NCBI RefSeq assembly: GCF_963921235.1
Contig: NC_086097.1
Location: 23,438,001 to 23,502,000 of the forward strand
Length of the DNA stretch: 64,000 nt
From: Mobula hypostoma
Lineage: Eukaryota
Reading direction: 5' to 3'
Made by a program: the position numbers and the translations under genes. Positions 38,401 to 50,900 of the stretch are shown in pieces. The notes under the pieces are model-generated. The model worked only from the letters and a program-made list of their open reading frames with translations, did no database searches and was not told the DNA's origin. Each line of letters starts with the position of its first letter. Position 1 is the first letter of the stretch.

Positions 38401-39497
38401 CTCAAACCATCTCTAGTTTTAATTCCAAACATTAGACTCGCAAACCTCTTACAGACAGCAGCAGGAACTGAACCTCAACTGGTGATCACCAGTGCTGTTA
38501 AGTAATGTGCTAACCACGACAATACCATGCCACCCCTCTGTGGAGAGAGAAACAGAATTAAAGGTTCAAGTCAGTGTCTTATTATCAGAACTAGGAATTT
38601 AGAAATCTAACATGCACTACATTATAGCAAAAAAGATGAGGTTGAAAAGAACAAAGGGAATGCTTGTTGTAAAACCCTGAGAGAGAGTGAATGACAGAAG
38701 TGGTGGTGATGTTAGTTCAGAGAGGTTAGTGAAGGCTTGTCCACTGCAGCTCATTGATGTCAGGGAAAATTAAATGGGAAATGTGTGCCGGGGGGGGGGG
38801 GGTGGGAAGAGAAGGAAACTAAAGGTTCAATAATGCATACAAAACACTGTAGCTCCAGCAAATCTGAAGTGAAGGAGAACACTGAACCACTAACTGGTCT
38901 GTGGATGGGGGAAAAGTGAGTTGATGTAAAAGGTAGATGAGCTTTCATCAGAACTGGCCAATCTAATTTGAATTGGAAAGTTTGATGGTTGGATTCATGT
39001 GGCCTGAGGGCTGTAGTAGGCCAAGTTTAAAAAATGCAACGTTTGTTTCCTCAAACTTGCATTGGTGTTCATTAGAAGAGTATAAGAGGCTTAGGATACA
39101 GAGGTCTGTGTGGGAATGGCAAGCATCAAAGAGGTTAATGAGCCTTATGAATTGGGATCCCCATTGTACAGGGGAGTACATTGTGTTCATCAAATGCAGT
39201 CAACTCAAGTGGAAAAAGTGAAAGTGAGTTGTTGTGTCTTCCAGAGTGAACATTTAGGTCCTTGGATAAAAGTCTGTTCTTTTCAATTTCTGCATTGCCT
39301 GAGAAAGTGCAGTGCAGAACTTAATAGGTGTTAGTGAATTTGGAAGAGTGTGCCAGAAAGTCGGAGAAGGAACAGTCATTTCAGATTATTGGAAGGGAAG
39401 GGTGAAACATACAGTACTGTGCAAAAGTACTCAGGCACCCTAGATTTTTTATATGGTTTCAGATGGTATGGCCTCCAGAGAGCCCAGATCTCAACAT

Positions 39498-40161
39498 TGT
39501 TGTGTTTGATATTGAGTGAAAGGGCCGAGCATATCAGGACACCAGCATGCAGGGTATTCTAATCAAGATAGTGCCCCTGTGCAATGCTCCCATGGTCAAC
39601 ATCTTCTGGATAGACCATGAAACCATATATTTCACTTCTTTTATGTATTTTATGTTTGTTTTTCATCTTGATTGTGATTCTGGAACTGTTGGAGTCTGTG
39701 ATTTGAATTTTGGAGATGGTTTGGGTGTCTCAGTGCTCTGCAGTGTCTGAGAGGATTCTGGGAGACAGAACCAGCGTGCGCAAACCTTGTGGCAAGAAGG
39801 CTGGGGACAGATCGCAAGCCAAGGTTTGGCTCCATTTTGCCAATTAAAGTGATGAAGGAGATTGAAACATTGAGGCAAGTACCTAAGGTCAGTGCTGGCT
39901 GGCTGCCTGCCTTTTGATCACTGTGGGATCACTTTGCTGCTGAAGAGGGGAGGAGACAGCATTTGGATCGCTGGTGGGTTCACTCTGCTCCCAGAGTGGG
40001 GAGACTGCCTTTGATCATTGGTCAGATCTCTCTGCTGCTGGAGAGGGGAGAGTCTGTCACTGTGCTCGGAGAACAATTTGGATATGATCTTGGACTATAT
40101 GCACATTTTCAGTATTATAGTTTTTTAAAAATATATTGTGTTTTTTGCCCAATCGTTTTCA

Positions 40162-40207
<46 letters not shown>

Positions 40208-42277
40208 GTGGGGGGGGGGTGGATCTGTTTGTTTTTCGTGTGGGGAGGAGGGATTTGGGGGTTGGTGATTATGCAGCCATTCTTTTCTTGATTTTGTGGC
40301 TATTTGGAGAAGAAGAATTTCAGAGTTGTTGACTTTGATAATAAATAAACCTTTGAACTGTATTTGACTGAACTTTATTGATAATCCTGCTTGTACAGAA
40401 TGTGAACTCCTCCCATGTGGGAGTGGCTAACTGAGTGGCATAGAAACACCACCACATCTCACCTTCTTGGGGGATAAAACTGGGTATGCACATCTTGACT
40501 ATAGAACTTCGTTGAAATTATAGTCACTGAAATTGAGCGATTCAATTCACTTTACCCATAGCATGTAACTTATGCTCCTTGCATAATATAAAATAGAATT
40601 ACCAATATTATAACTGTCCTTCTCTTTGTTTTTAGCGATCTCTCTCTCTCTCTCTCACTTTGCTTTCCTCCTCTTTTTCACTAATTCCTTTTTTTTAAGA
40701 ACTGTCTCATTTTGTGAAATGTTTTCAAAATTATAACACTTTTCAAAATTAGAACACTAAATCTAACGGAGATGAGGGGAGACAACCTGAACACACCGGC
40801 AAAGTGAGAGGATTATTCTGCCTCTTTAGTCACTTGCCTTAAGCTGTTAGGCTATGGAGCACATCTCTGTGGTGGGACAGATAAATGACCTGATCTGGTA
40901 TAGGTTCCTGAAGGTTTTGGAGGAGATGGTGATTCTTGAACAGGTGCGTCAACCTCGGGTATGTGGTCCTTGTCATAAGGAACAGGCCACTCCGTTTCTT
41001 CCTCTACCTTTTGTGGACTTTGAAAGTGCACAAGCACATGACTGTTCCGTCTGATTTCACCTTGTGGTGTTCTGATCACAAACGAATGTGGTGCTTGCTG
41101 CCAAACTATTGTTCCTTTAGTGAATTGGTCTGAAACCCAAACAGCTTCACCACTCGTGAACAGCAGCAAGGAATTTGTTCTGCATTTGAGATCAAACATC
41201 CTCTTCATTTTCTTATGCTGTGTTGTCTTAATATTCTCACTTTGTCTAAGTCTAGTAAGAGAGTTTTATAGAAGGGATGGAAGAATGGGCAGGCTTGTTC
41301 TCAGTCTCTCTGACAATTAGGTGTCTAGTAGCCCTACAACAACCATGTCTCCAATGAGTTCATCTATCAGATTTCCATATGCACATTTGTCTGATGGCAT
41401 ATAATGCTGTCAAGAAGTCATTTCCACTTTCATCTGCCTTTCATTTTTTGGAATTGAGTTTTGTACTCTTGTATATCATATTTCACTTTTCTCTGAAATA
41501 TTCTTTGAATTTGTCCTGCACTGTTTTGTACTGCTTTTTCTGAGCATCTGTCAGTCAAATCCACCCATGTCATTTGATTTGTCACCCAAGCAGTATATCA
41601 GTGTGCTTTTTAGATGCTCCTCTGAAGTCTGAGTCAGATTGCTTGCAACTCGAAACCTCTCAAAGCTTCAGAGCCATCTAAGTCCCCTGGTTTAAAGAAA
41701 TCAAATGCCTTGCTGGGGGGAGGGGCCTTATTAAGTAACTAATGAATGTAGGCCCTGCAGGTATTTGCTCAATTTTCCTGTTTGTTTGTATGTTTAGTAT
41801 TTTGTTTGGACTTCTGAAGTTTTCTCTCCCTCGGAGTCTGACTGACATCTCTGCTGTGTGTGTAATTCTGTGCACTTCCCCAGGCTAGTGATCCACCGAT
41901 TATTACAGTGAATCCACTTTTGGGTGCAGCTTGAAGGTGTTGCCTAGCAACCCTGGTCTTTTCTCATCCTCATGGCGCATACATTTAGCAAACTAAGTCT
42001 CTGGATATTTTCCCTAGATATATGCAAACAAGAACAGCCTTTCTGTAAATTCTTCCTTGTTTGGGGTCTCACTTGGTCTGTAGCATCAATTCATCAATGA
42101 TCAACCACTTCTGATGCCATGTTTTGTTCGGTACTGAGGGCCAGTGCAGAACACACCAAGACACCAGCGTGCAGGGTATTCGACTGAACTTTATTGACAA
42201 GCCTGCTGGTACAGTACGTGAACTCCTGGGGGTGGTTAATGAATGGCACAGGAACAACACCACCAACTACCACCACA
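39498..42277 (-). mobile_element. Internally deleted Gypsy-like LTR retrotransposon
   Basis: LTRs 42120-42277 and 39498-40456 (interrupted), TG..CA ends, TSD aacat/aatat. PBS-like TGGCATCAGAAGTGG next to the 5' LTR; PPT-like AAGAAGGTGAGA at 40457-40468. ORF 40852..41208 resembles an integrase C-terminus (VWV...PHSFVIRTPQGEIRRN...TRSG). Confidence 0.82.
39560..40359 (+). mobile_element. Non-LTR/SINE-like insertion inside the 3' LTR, containing a (GT)n microsatellite
   Basis: LTR homology breaks at about 39559 and resumes at about 40361; gtatt is duplicated at 39554-39558 and 40360-40364; tail tttgataataaataaacctttgaac is shared with other local repeats. Confidence 0.7.
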
Positions 42278-45200
42278 AATATCATCACGGCTGTCTCGGA
42301 TTATCTGGAGAGACAGAGGCAAGCAAGACAGGCAAATTCTGCAGAAGAACCGTGGCAAGTCTCCAAGATGCTTGAAAGAACCTACCAGCCGATTTTCTTA
42401 TAAAACTGCACAACAGTGTACCTAAAAGAATTGATGCAGTTTTAAAGGCACATCAAATAGTGATTGGATTTAGATTGTTCCTGTTTACTGCTCTTTATAG
42501 TAATTTTTTTTATATTTAGGAACTTTGCAAGTCATTATTTTTGAAACCATCTTTGCTTTACAGAATTCTGTTTTTACGTGTGCGTGCCTGAGCCTTTTGA
42601 ACAGTACTGTACTTCCACTTGAGGGAAATTACAGAACATGATCTAGAGATTGGTAAGATAGCTTGTGAGAACAAGAGTAAACCCATGCTTGCTCTGGGTA
42701 GAGAGAGAAGGTATGAGTATAAGAACAGATGCCATTACAAGCTTTGTAAACTACAGTGGAGGGGAAGGTATAGTTTAGAATAAAGGAAGACAGAGTTGTG
42801 TGCTGTTGTCACCAAAATAGGAGAAGAGAATGGAATCCTAACATAAAGCTAGTTAGAAGGATGCATAGACAAGAAAGCTATGGGAGTCACAAGAGATTTA
42901 ATGAAGGTTTTGGGGATATACAACAGGTGTATAAAGAATGGATATCCATATTCCAAGATGTAGCAGTGGGGCTCAGGAGTCAGAAGTCGTCAAAGTAGTG
43001 GAAGATATGCAAGGTGTCCCAGGTGTAAGTTGATCTACTGAATTCCTCCAGCAGATTGTATGAAGCTTCGGGAGTGTGTGGTTTGTAATGAATTTTGGTT
43101 GCTTTCATATGCCATGAGATGGAGATAGAGAAAAAAAGGGTCAGAGATGGGTACTGTGAAATTTCAAGCAAGGTGGAGGTTGACAGCAAAGGTGATGATG
43201 GAACACTCGAATCTTATATGAGTAAAATAAGCAATCCGTATTGCCTATCCATAATTGTGATAGAAGTGGTTCGTATGAGAACAGCAAATTGAACTGCTGC
43301 AGACCTTAAGGTAAAGTTAGAGTGAAATGGTTGGGATTTCCAGACAATCATCATTGTACCAGAGAAAAGGATGAGAATTGTGGCCTAAGAAGAAATGAAA
43401 AAGGGTTTTCATGTATCCCACCAACAGACAAGCACTGTATGTGGAGGAAGGGAGAGGTTAATAGTGAAGTTGTTCCATGTGAGAACAAATTTACTCAGGT
43501 GAAGAATGGCAGTGAACTAGTGGTGGAGAACTAGTTGGGTGTCCATTAAACAAAGAGCACTTGAGTATCCTGGTGTAGAATGGTGCTGTAGAGATGTTGG
43601 ATATCAATGGAGATGGTGAGGTAGTTAGGACCAATCACTGGAAACTGTCAAATAACTGAAGGGTGTCAAAGATGCCCTGACTGGAATTTGGAAGAGTCTG
43701 GACATAGGTAGGAAAGTGCTGTCTTTATTGATAGTCAATCCTCTGCCCTGAACTTCACTCTCCCTCAACCAGAATCACATGATGGATGCAACCTGTATAA
43801 TTCACTATATAAATTCTATAGCAAGTCTTTTTGGCAACATCTTCTAAACCATCAACTCTCTAATCTTGAAGGACAAGAGCAGCAGGCATTACCTCTGAAT
43901 TCTTAACGTGGTGGATCTAACTCCTCAAATTCACTCCCTCCTCACTGCATCTAACAGGAGTACCTTTACCTTAAAGACCACAAAGCAAAAAGCAAAGATC
44001 ATAGAATCATTGCTTCTACTTGTCTTGTAAATTTCAAACCAACTCCTGATGTGCTTGCCAGCGTTCCCAATTCCCAGGTCACTCCCTATTGCCAGCTCTT
44101 GACCCACACTCCTGCTCATCCTGATTATCTAGGCACTTTTAAGAAGTGATGAAAGAATGAACTCGGTATCCCCATCATTTGTTGACTGAAATTGTTCATT
44201 TTCTTAATGAAGGAAAATGGGTCCTTTTGTGTTTACCATCTCTAGGCCTTTCATAATTTTATATCTCAATTAAATGTCTCTATTTCTCCTTGTTCTAAAT
44301 AAAATAACATTAACTTCCAATGAAGTCATTCGCAAAAACCTGGACACAGGTAATGAATTGAATGGCTACACAGTCTTACAGAAATAGGCTCTTTGGCATA
44401 ACTTCTCCTCACTGACCAAGAAGCCCATCCAAGCTATAATAAACACGAGATTCTGCAGATGCTGGAGATCCAGACTAACACACAAAGTGCTGTTGGAACT
44501 CAACTGGTCAGGCAGCATCTATGGAGGTGAATAAGCAGACAATGTTTTGGGTTGAGACACTTCATCGGGACTGGAAAGGAAGTGGGAGGATGCCAGAATA
44601 AGAATGGTGGAGAAGGTGCAGGAGTACAAGTTGGCAGGTAATAGGTGAGGGGAAGGGAGTGTGGGTGGATGGGTGGGGAAAGGGTGTATGAAATCAGAAG
44701 CTGCGAGGTGAGAGGTAGAAAAGGTAAAAAGGTGAAGAAGAATACATCTGATAGGAGAAGGGAGAGGACCATAGAAGAAGGGGAAGGGTGAAGGGCAGCA
44801 GAGAGCTCTGGTGGGCAGGTGAGGAGAAGGGTAGGGGTAAAAGGGAAGCCAGAATGAGGAATGGAAAAGGGGGAGGGGAGAGAAATTACCAGAAGTTAGT
44901 CCCTCTTGTTTGCATTTGGTCTATATGCCTGTAAATCATTCCTATCCATATACCTAGTGGGTGTTGTTATTGTACTTGCCTCAAACATTTCATCTGGCAG
45001 CTCATTTTATCCACACACCACACTCCACTGAAGTTACCTTCAGATCCGTTTCTGAATTGATCCCCTGTCACCTTAATCTGTGCCCTTTCATTGTTTTTGA
45101 AATTAGGGTGCATGGGTCCTTTCGGCCCAATGACCCCACAACATCCAGTCGCACAATGTGATCAATTAATCTACTAACCCGTACATTTTTTGGAATGTGG

Positions 45201-47199
45201 GAGAAACTGGAGCACTGGGAGGAGACCCATGTGGTCACGGGAAGAATGTACAAACTCCTTACAGACAGTGGCGGGAAATGAACCTGTGTCTCTGGCACTG
45301 AAATAGACTGGTAATGTCTCCTCATATGGTGATGAAACATCTGCAAATGGATTGGCAAGATCGGAGAACAATAACGCAACCACTGTAATAGAGATATACG
45401 AACCATAATGTTCCATGTTGGCCCAAATGATTCCCTTCTCCTTGGAAAACAATTGAGTGCATTCAACCTATCTATGTCTTTCATGATGTTACACACCTCC
45501 ATAAGGCTCCTCAGTGTCCTACACTCCAAAGAATAAAGTCCTGCTCTGCCCAACCTCCTCCTATGACCCAGGCCAAGAACCAATGGCATTGTTGTAAATC
45601 TTTGCACATTTTCCAGTTTAACGATGTTAAGCCAGAACAGTATAATCAAAGTTGAACTTAATAGTTTGGGTGCAGTCTCACTGATGCCTTGTAGAATCAC
45701 AACATGACATCCCAACCCTTTCACTCCATGTCCTGTTTATAATTTCTGTTTGTAATTTTCTGACTTTTTCGTTCATTTGGGAACAGCGTGTTACTTGGTA
45801 AGGATTGTCTGTGTTACAACAGTCTGTAAGGAAATAAATTGAGCATAGAAATGGGCAGTTTTCCTCCCCTGCCCTCCCCGCCGTGTCTATGCTAACAATT
45901 TACTATCTATCCTAATCCCATTTCCCAGCAATTTCTCCAGAACCAACTATAACTCCTCTAGATATTTAAGCAGTGACAGTATGCCTCCATCACCCACCCA
46001 CTTAGACGCTATCTAACTTGAGGGAATTTAACAACAAGACCACAAGACATTGGTGCAGAATTAGGCTATTCAGCCCATCAAGCCTCTCCAGTTTTCCATC
46101 CTGGATGATTTACTATCCCTCAAAACCCCAATCTCCTGCCTTCTCTCCGAAACTTTCGACGCCATTTCTAGTCAAGATCCTATCAGCCTCTGCTTTAAAT
46201 ATACCCAATGACTTGGCCAGCACAGCCATCTGTGGCAGTGATTTCCACAAATTCACCACCCTCTGGCTAAAGAAATTCCTCCTCATCTCTGTTCTAAATG
46301 GTCATCCTTCAATTCTGAGTCTGTGCCCTCTGGTCTTAGACTCCGTCACTAATGGAAACATCCTCTCCATGTCCACTGCATTTAGCCTTTCAAACTTTGA
46401 CAGGTTTCAATAATTTAGGCTTGTAGCCCCAACCACAGAACCATCCTCTGCTGCCTTTTGGCAGGTTGGTATGGCCAATAATACAAAGGGATTTTTAATA
46501 TTTTTTGCTGTCAGCTCTGTTATCAGCAACTGCAGATCTTCTAAATGGAGTTTATAATTATACTGCAGCACTGAAGCATTCTGTTTTGCCTGACTGATTT
46601 GTGCCGTCGCTTGTTGCCTTCGTGAGTCTCCTCCCACCTTCCTTTGTTTCACCCTGTAATCATATTCTTCCAATCCTCTGCCCGGGTTTGCACATAGTAT
46701 ATAACATTGCAGCGGACTATTAGGGCCAGCAATCCATTCCACTATTTATACTCCACATGAATCTCCTCGGATCTTTCCTCCTCTAAATCTATCAATATAA
46801 CCTTCTCCCACATGCACTTGACAAATACAAGAGGATTTGCAGATGCTGGAGATGTAGAGTAACACACACAATATGTTGGAGGAAACCAGCAGTTCAGGCA
46901 GCATCTGTGGTTTCAGGCAGACACCTGTCATGTCCTGATGAAGGGTCTTCACCTGAAAATCAGCTCTTTAATCCTTTCTGTAAATGCTGCCCGACCTGCT
47001 GAACTCCTCCAGCATCTTGTGCGGTTACCATGCATATACTTGTCCTGCCTCCCTTGAAGTGTATCGCATTATTCTCTGCAAGCACTCCCTGTAGTAACAA
47101 GTTCCACATTCTTCTCATGCTTTAAGTGAAGACCGAAGCTTTCTCTGAGTTCCTTGCTGGATTCCTCAGTGGTTCACCTGACATTGTTGTCAGTGTCTG

Positions 47200-47990
47200 A
47201 GATCAGGACTAGGAGATGTAAAGGAGCGACATGGATTGGTTGGTTGAGAGCTGTTGCAACAACAACCTTGCACTCGTCAGTAAGACCAGGGAAATGATTC
47301 TGGAGAACACACAGCAGTTCCCTTTGAGAGGCTGGCAGTGGAAAGGGTGAGCAGCTTCAAGTCCATGGATGTCAATATCTCAGAGGATCTGTTCTGGACC
47401 TGATATATTGATGGAATCATGAAGAAGGCATGTTATATTTCAATAGGAGTTTGAGGAGATTTGGTATTTAACCAAAGACGCTAGCAAATTCCTACAGGTG
47501 TACCATGGAAACCATTCTAACTGCTTGCATCACTCTAGTATGGAAGCACCAATGCATAGGAGTGGAAAAACCTGCAGAAGTTAGTAAACTCAGCCAGCAT
47601 CACCAAGGACTCTCGCCCCCACATTATTGAGGACATATTCAAAAAGCAATGCCTCAAGAAGGCATCATCCTTCATTAAGGATCCTCACCATACAGGACAG
47701 GCCCTCTTTGTATTACCTCCATGAGGAAAATAGGCCCTCTTTGTATTATCGCCTTGAGGAAGACAGGCTTTCTTTGTATTACCACCATGAGGAAAATAGT
47801 CCCTCTTTGTATTACCACCCTGAGGAAGACAGGCCTTCTTTGTATTGCCACCATGAGGAAAATAGTCCCTCTTTGTATCACCACCATGAGGAAGACATGC
47901 CCTCTTCATATAACTATCAGAACCTGAAAACCCACACTCAACATTTTAGGAACAGTTCTTTCCCTCTGATATCTGATTCCTGAATGGTCC
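47200..47990 (+). mobile_element. Decayed Rex1/Babar-like LINE 3' fragment
   Basis: gtggaaagggtgagcagcttcaagt (VERVSSFK), aggagtttgaggagatttggt (RSLRRFG) and accatggaaaccattcta blocks match the 25800-26123 peptide. Confidence 0.75.
47695..47905. repeat. 33-bp minisatellite, about 6 copies, with alternating A/B units
   Basis: Units ccctctttgtattaccaccatgaggaaaatag(g/t) alternate with ...tgaggaagacagg. Confidence 0.9.
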
Positions 47991-50900
47991 ATGAACTCTA
48001 GTTCACTATTTTATTGGGGGGAGGGCTGTAAATCTGCGTTGAAAACCATCAACTGGTAGTTACAATCTGGTGGACTGTGAAGTTAAATTTTCCATTGCAT
48101 TTGCTTATGAAGTTGTACTAAAGTAAGCAAAGTTTTGGAGTAGCCAAGTAGAACATGAATTGTACCACGATGCATGAAAGTGAAAACAAAAGAAAAAAAC
48201 CTGCGGATCACTGGAAATCTGAAGTAAAAACAGAAGTTGCTGGAAGCACTCAGCAGGTCAGATAATGTACCGGGGAATAGTGAAGGGAACAACTAGTTTG
48301 GAATGCAGAATGCTATAAGAATGGACTTCTTCTGGGTGATGGAATTATTTTGAAAGAGGCTGACATTATGGATGATGTGCTATTGAATGCAGTGGCTCAT
48401 GAGGTGGAAGTGAGGACCAAGGAAGTCTATCCTTGCTCTGGTGAAGAGCAGAAAACGGTAAGAGGCAGAACTGTGAGAAATAGATGAGCTCAAGGTCTGT
48501 TTCAATTGCATTAGAATAAAAGCCACGGTTAAGGGGAAAAAGATGACATAATGGTTCAATCTTTGTAGAAATCCTCACCTCAGAGCAGATACGAGAGAGA
48601 TAGAGGAACTGGGGAAGTGGAACAGAGTCCTTACACAAAACAGCATGGGAGCTATGGGAGTCAGTGGGCTTGTAACGAATATTGATGGCTAACTACTTAC
48701 TGAGATGATGAAATGACAGTCCAGGAAGACAAGGGCAGTATTGGAAATGTTTGATGTGAAGCTGGGGGCAGGGTGGAAAGTGGCAATGATATAATACATT
48801 TCTCAAGTTCTTTATGAGCGCAGGAATCAGTTCGGCATGCACCAGAACTAGGGTTGAAGGAGGGGTTGAACTGAGGCTGAAACAAGGCCTGTATTTCTGA
48901 GGGAGATTCCCAAAGTCACAATGAGCATTTGACAAAGCCAGAGGAGAAAATCATCTCGAATGAGGAATCTGAATAAGGGACTTCAGATCCTGCAGATGCT
49001 GAAATTTGGAGCAAAATCAAACTGCTGTCAGAATCTGCAATGGATGTAACATGCAAAAGAATTTCTCCATTTTTTAAAAATTTTTATTTAGAAATAGCAC
49101 CTTCCGGCTCAACCTCCTGCATAACCCAATTACACCCATGCGACCAATTAACCTGCTAACCCACACGTCATTGGAATGTGGGACAAACCAGAGCCCATGG
49201 AGGAAGCCCACTTATCCAGGGGGAGAACATATAAACTCTTTACAGAGAGCAATAGGAACTGATCAGGAATGGTGTTATGCTAACTGTGCCACCCCAAATA
49301 TCTAAAGCTGAGTGTTGTAGAACTTTTGTTTGATGTTTCCACAAATCATTCATTGCTTCCGATGAATGCTCTGCAAACAATTAAAACACACCATTAGCAT
49401 GGTTAAAAAGAACCTCTGAGGAAATCAAAAGAGTGTTTTAGTGTCCCCAAAAGCTAAATAATAAGAAATCGGTACAGATAACGGGCAACATACACAAAAT
49501 GCTGGAGAAACTCAGCGGCATGCATGGAAATAAGCAAACAGTCAGAGGGCCAAATGGCCTAATTGTGCTCTTGTGTCTTATGGTATTAAGGAACTGCAGA
49601 CTCCTCCGCAGATGGGAGAGCAAGTGGCAGATAGGCTGGTAACTGGGGAGATTATGATGTGATGCACTCCCTCTGCCTCTGAGGCAGGGTTTCTGGTGCA
49701 TTGGTTCAAGGCTCTCAATGCCATTTTAAATGCTCCACCTCCAATCTGAATGATCATGGCTCTGTGATTCTCAAAGTTCAGTGAGAAAATATAAATTTCT
49801 TCAAGGAAGCTTTGAGAATGCCTTCAGGTTCCTGTCTCTGTCCAGCTGGTAGTCATGGAATACCTGAAGCAGCATTGATATCAACTTGTACCGATAATCA
49901 ATAATGAGTTTGTTCACTAGCCAACCTCCATTCTTCTTCAGGTTGTGGTGATGTCAAACCCCCTTCTTAATCCTTTGTGAATTCTGTATCTAACATATCT
50001 TCACAGTGGCATGGGAACATTGCAGTTAACATAACGAGGTTACAGCACCAATGACCTGGGTTCAATTCCATTACTCTCTATAACAAGTTTGTACCTTCTT
50101 CCCGTGACCATGTGGGTTTTCTCCAAGTGCTCCAGTTTCCTCCTAACTTCCAAAGGTGTATGAGTTTGTAGTGTGGGATGGTCACACGGGGGCAGTTGGG
50201 CACTGGGAGCTCATTGGATTGGAAGGGCCTGTATCATTTTTCTCTGAATAAATAAAATAAAAGAGAAAATGCTCATTTTGTACATTTAAGCTAACGAAAA
50301 CAGCTTTTCATGATGTCATCTGTTAATTTTTAAATTCTTATGTTGTAATGTATTTTTTACTCAATCAGTTTGAATAAATGAAACCATTTGTTCAAATGCA
50401 GATTCAGATTCACTTATCACACGTAGATCAAAACACAATGAAATGAATCCTATGCGTCAGCAGCCATCGCACCCAAGGACGTGCTGGTGGTAGCCTGCAA
50501 GTGTCACCATACATTCTAGTGCCAACAAAGCATGCCTACAATGTTCAGCAGAGCGACACAGGCAACAGCAACAATAACAGCAAAACAAGTCACTTTCCCA
50601 GTCTCCCACCTACTCACTTCCTCACATATTCAGAAAGGTCTCCAACCTCGGGGCAGGCCACCACTGGGCCTTCAGTCCTTGATCCTAGACTTTCAATTTC
50701 TTAGACTTGCAGACGTCAGACCTCCAACCTCCAGCCCTGGCCCAGACTCGCAGGGTGTCTACCTCCAGACTTTGACTTCGGTTTTTGACCTTTCATGCCT
50801 TTTACCTCAGGATGCACCAAGCTCTGGACTTCAGTCTTTGGCTTTGCCCTCTGGACTTTGCTGACCTCTGGCTCTTGATCTCAGGACTCGCCGATCACAG

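Larger units (their letters stand above)
39412..42609 (+). mobile_element. Internally deleted Tc1 transposon split by an LTR retrotransposon
   Basis: TA TSDs at 39410-39411 and 42610-42611; TIRs cagtactgtgcaaaagtactcaggcac / gtgcctgagccttttgaacagtactg. The rejoined halves read WPPESPDLNIITAVSDYLERQ (Tc1 WPxxSPDLNPIE motif). Confidence 0.85.
38560..43730 (-). mobile_element. Old Penelope-like retroelement (about 38560-39409 plus 42612-43730) hosting nested insertions
   Basis: Reverse complement of about 43408-43433 reads ACLLVGYM (Penelope RT-type ACLFVGY motif); 38950-39300 is colinear with the 3' coding end of the 54920-56310 copy. Heavily decayed. Confidence 0.6.

Noticed and set aside
45068..45724. 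Longest ORF in the track (218 aa, minus strand)
   Set aside because: Chance fusion of CR1 fragments and an intervening SINE; no coherent protein.
47627..47983. Repetitive His/Glu/Tyr-rich ORF
   Set aside because: Translation of the 33-bp minisatellite inside a decayed LINE.
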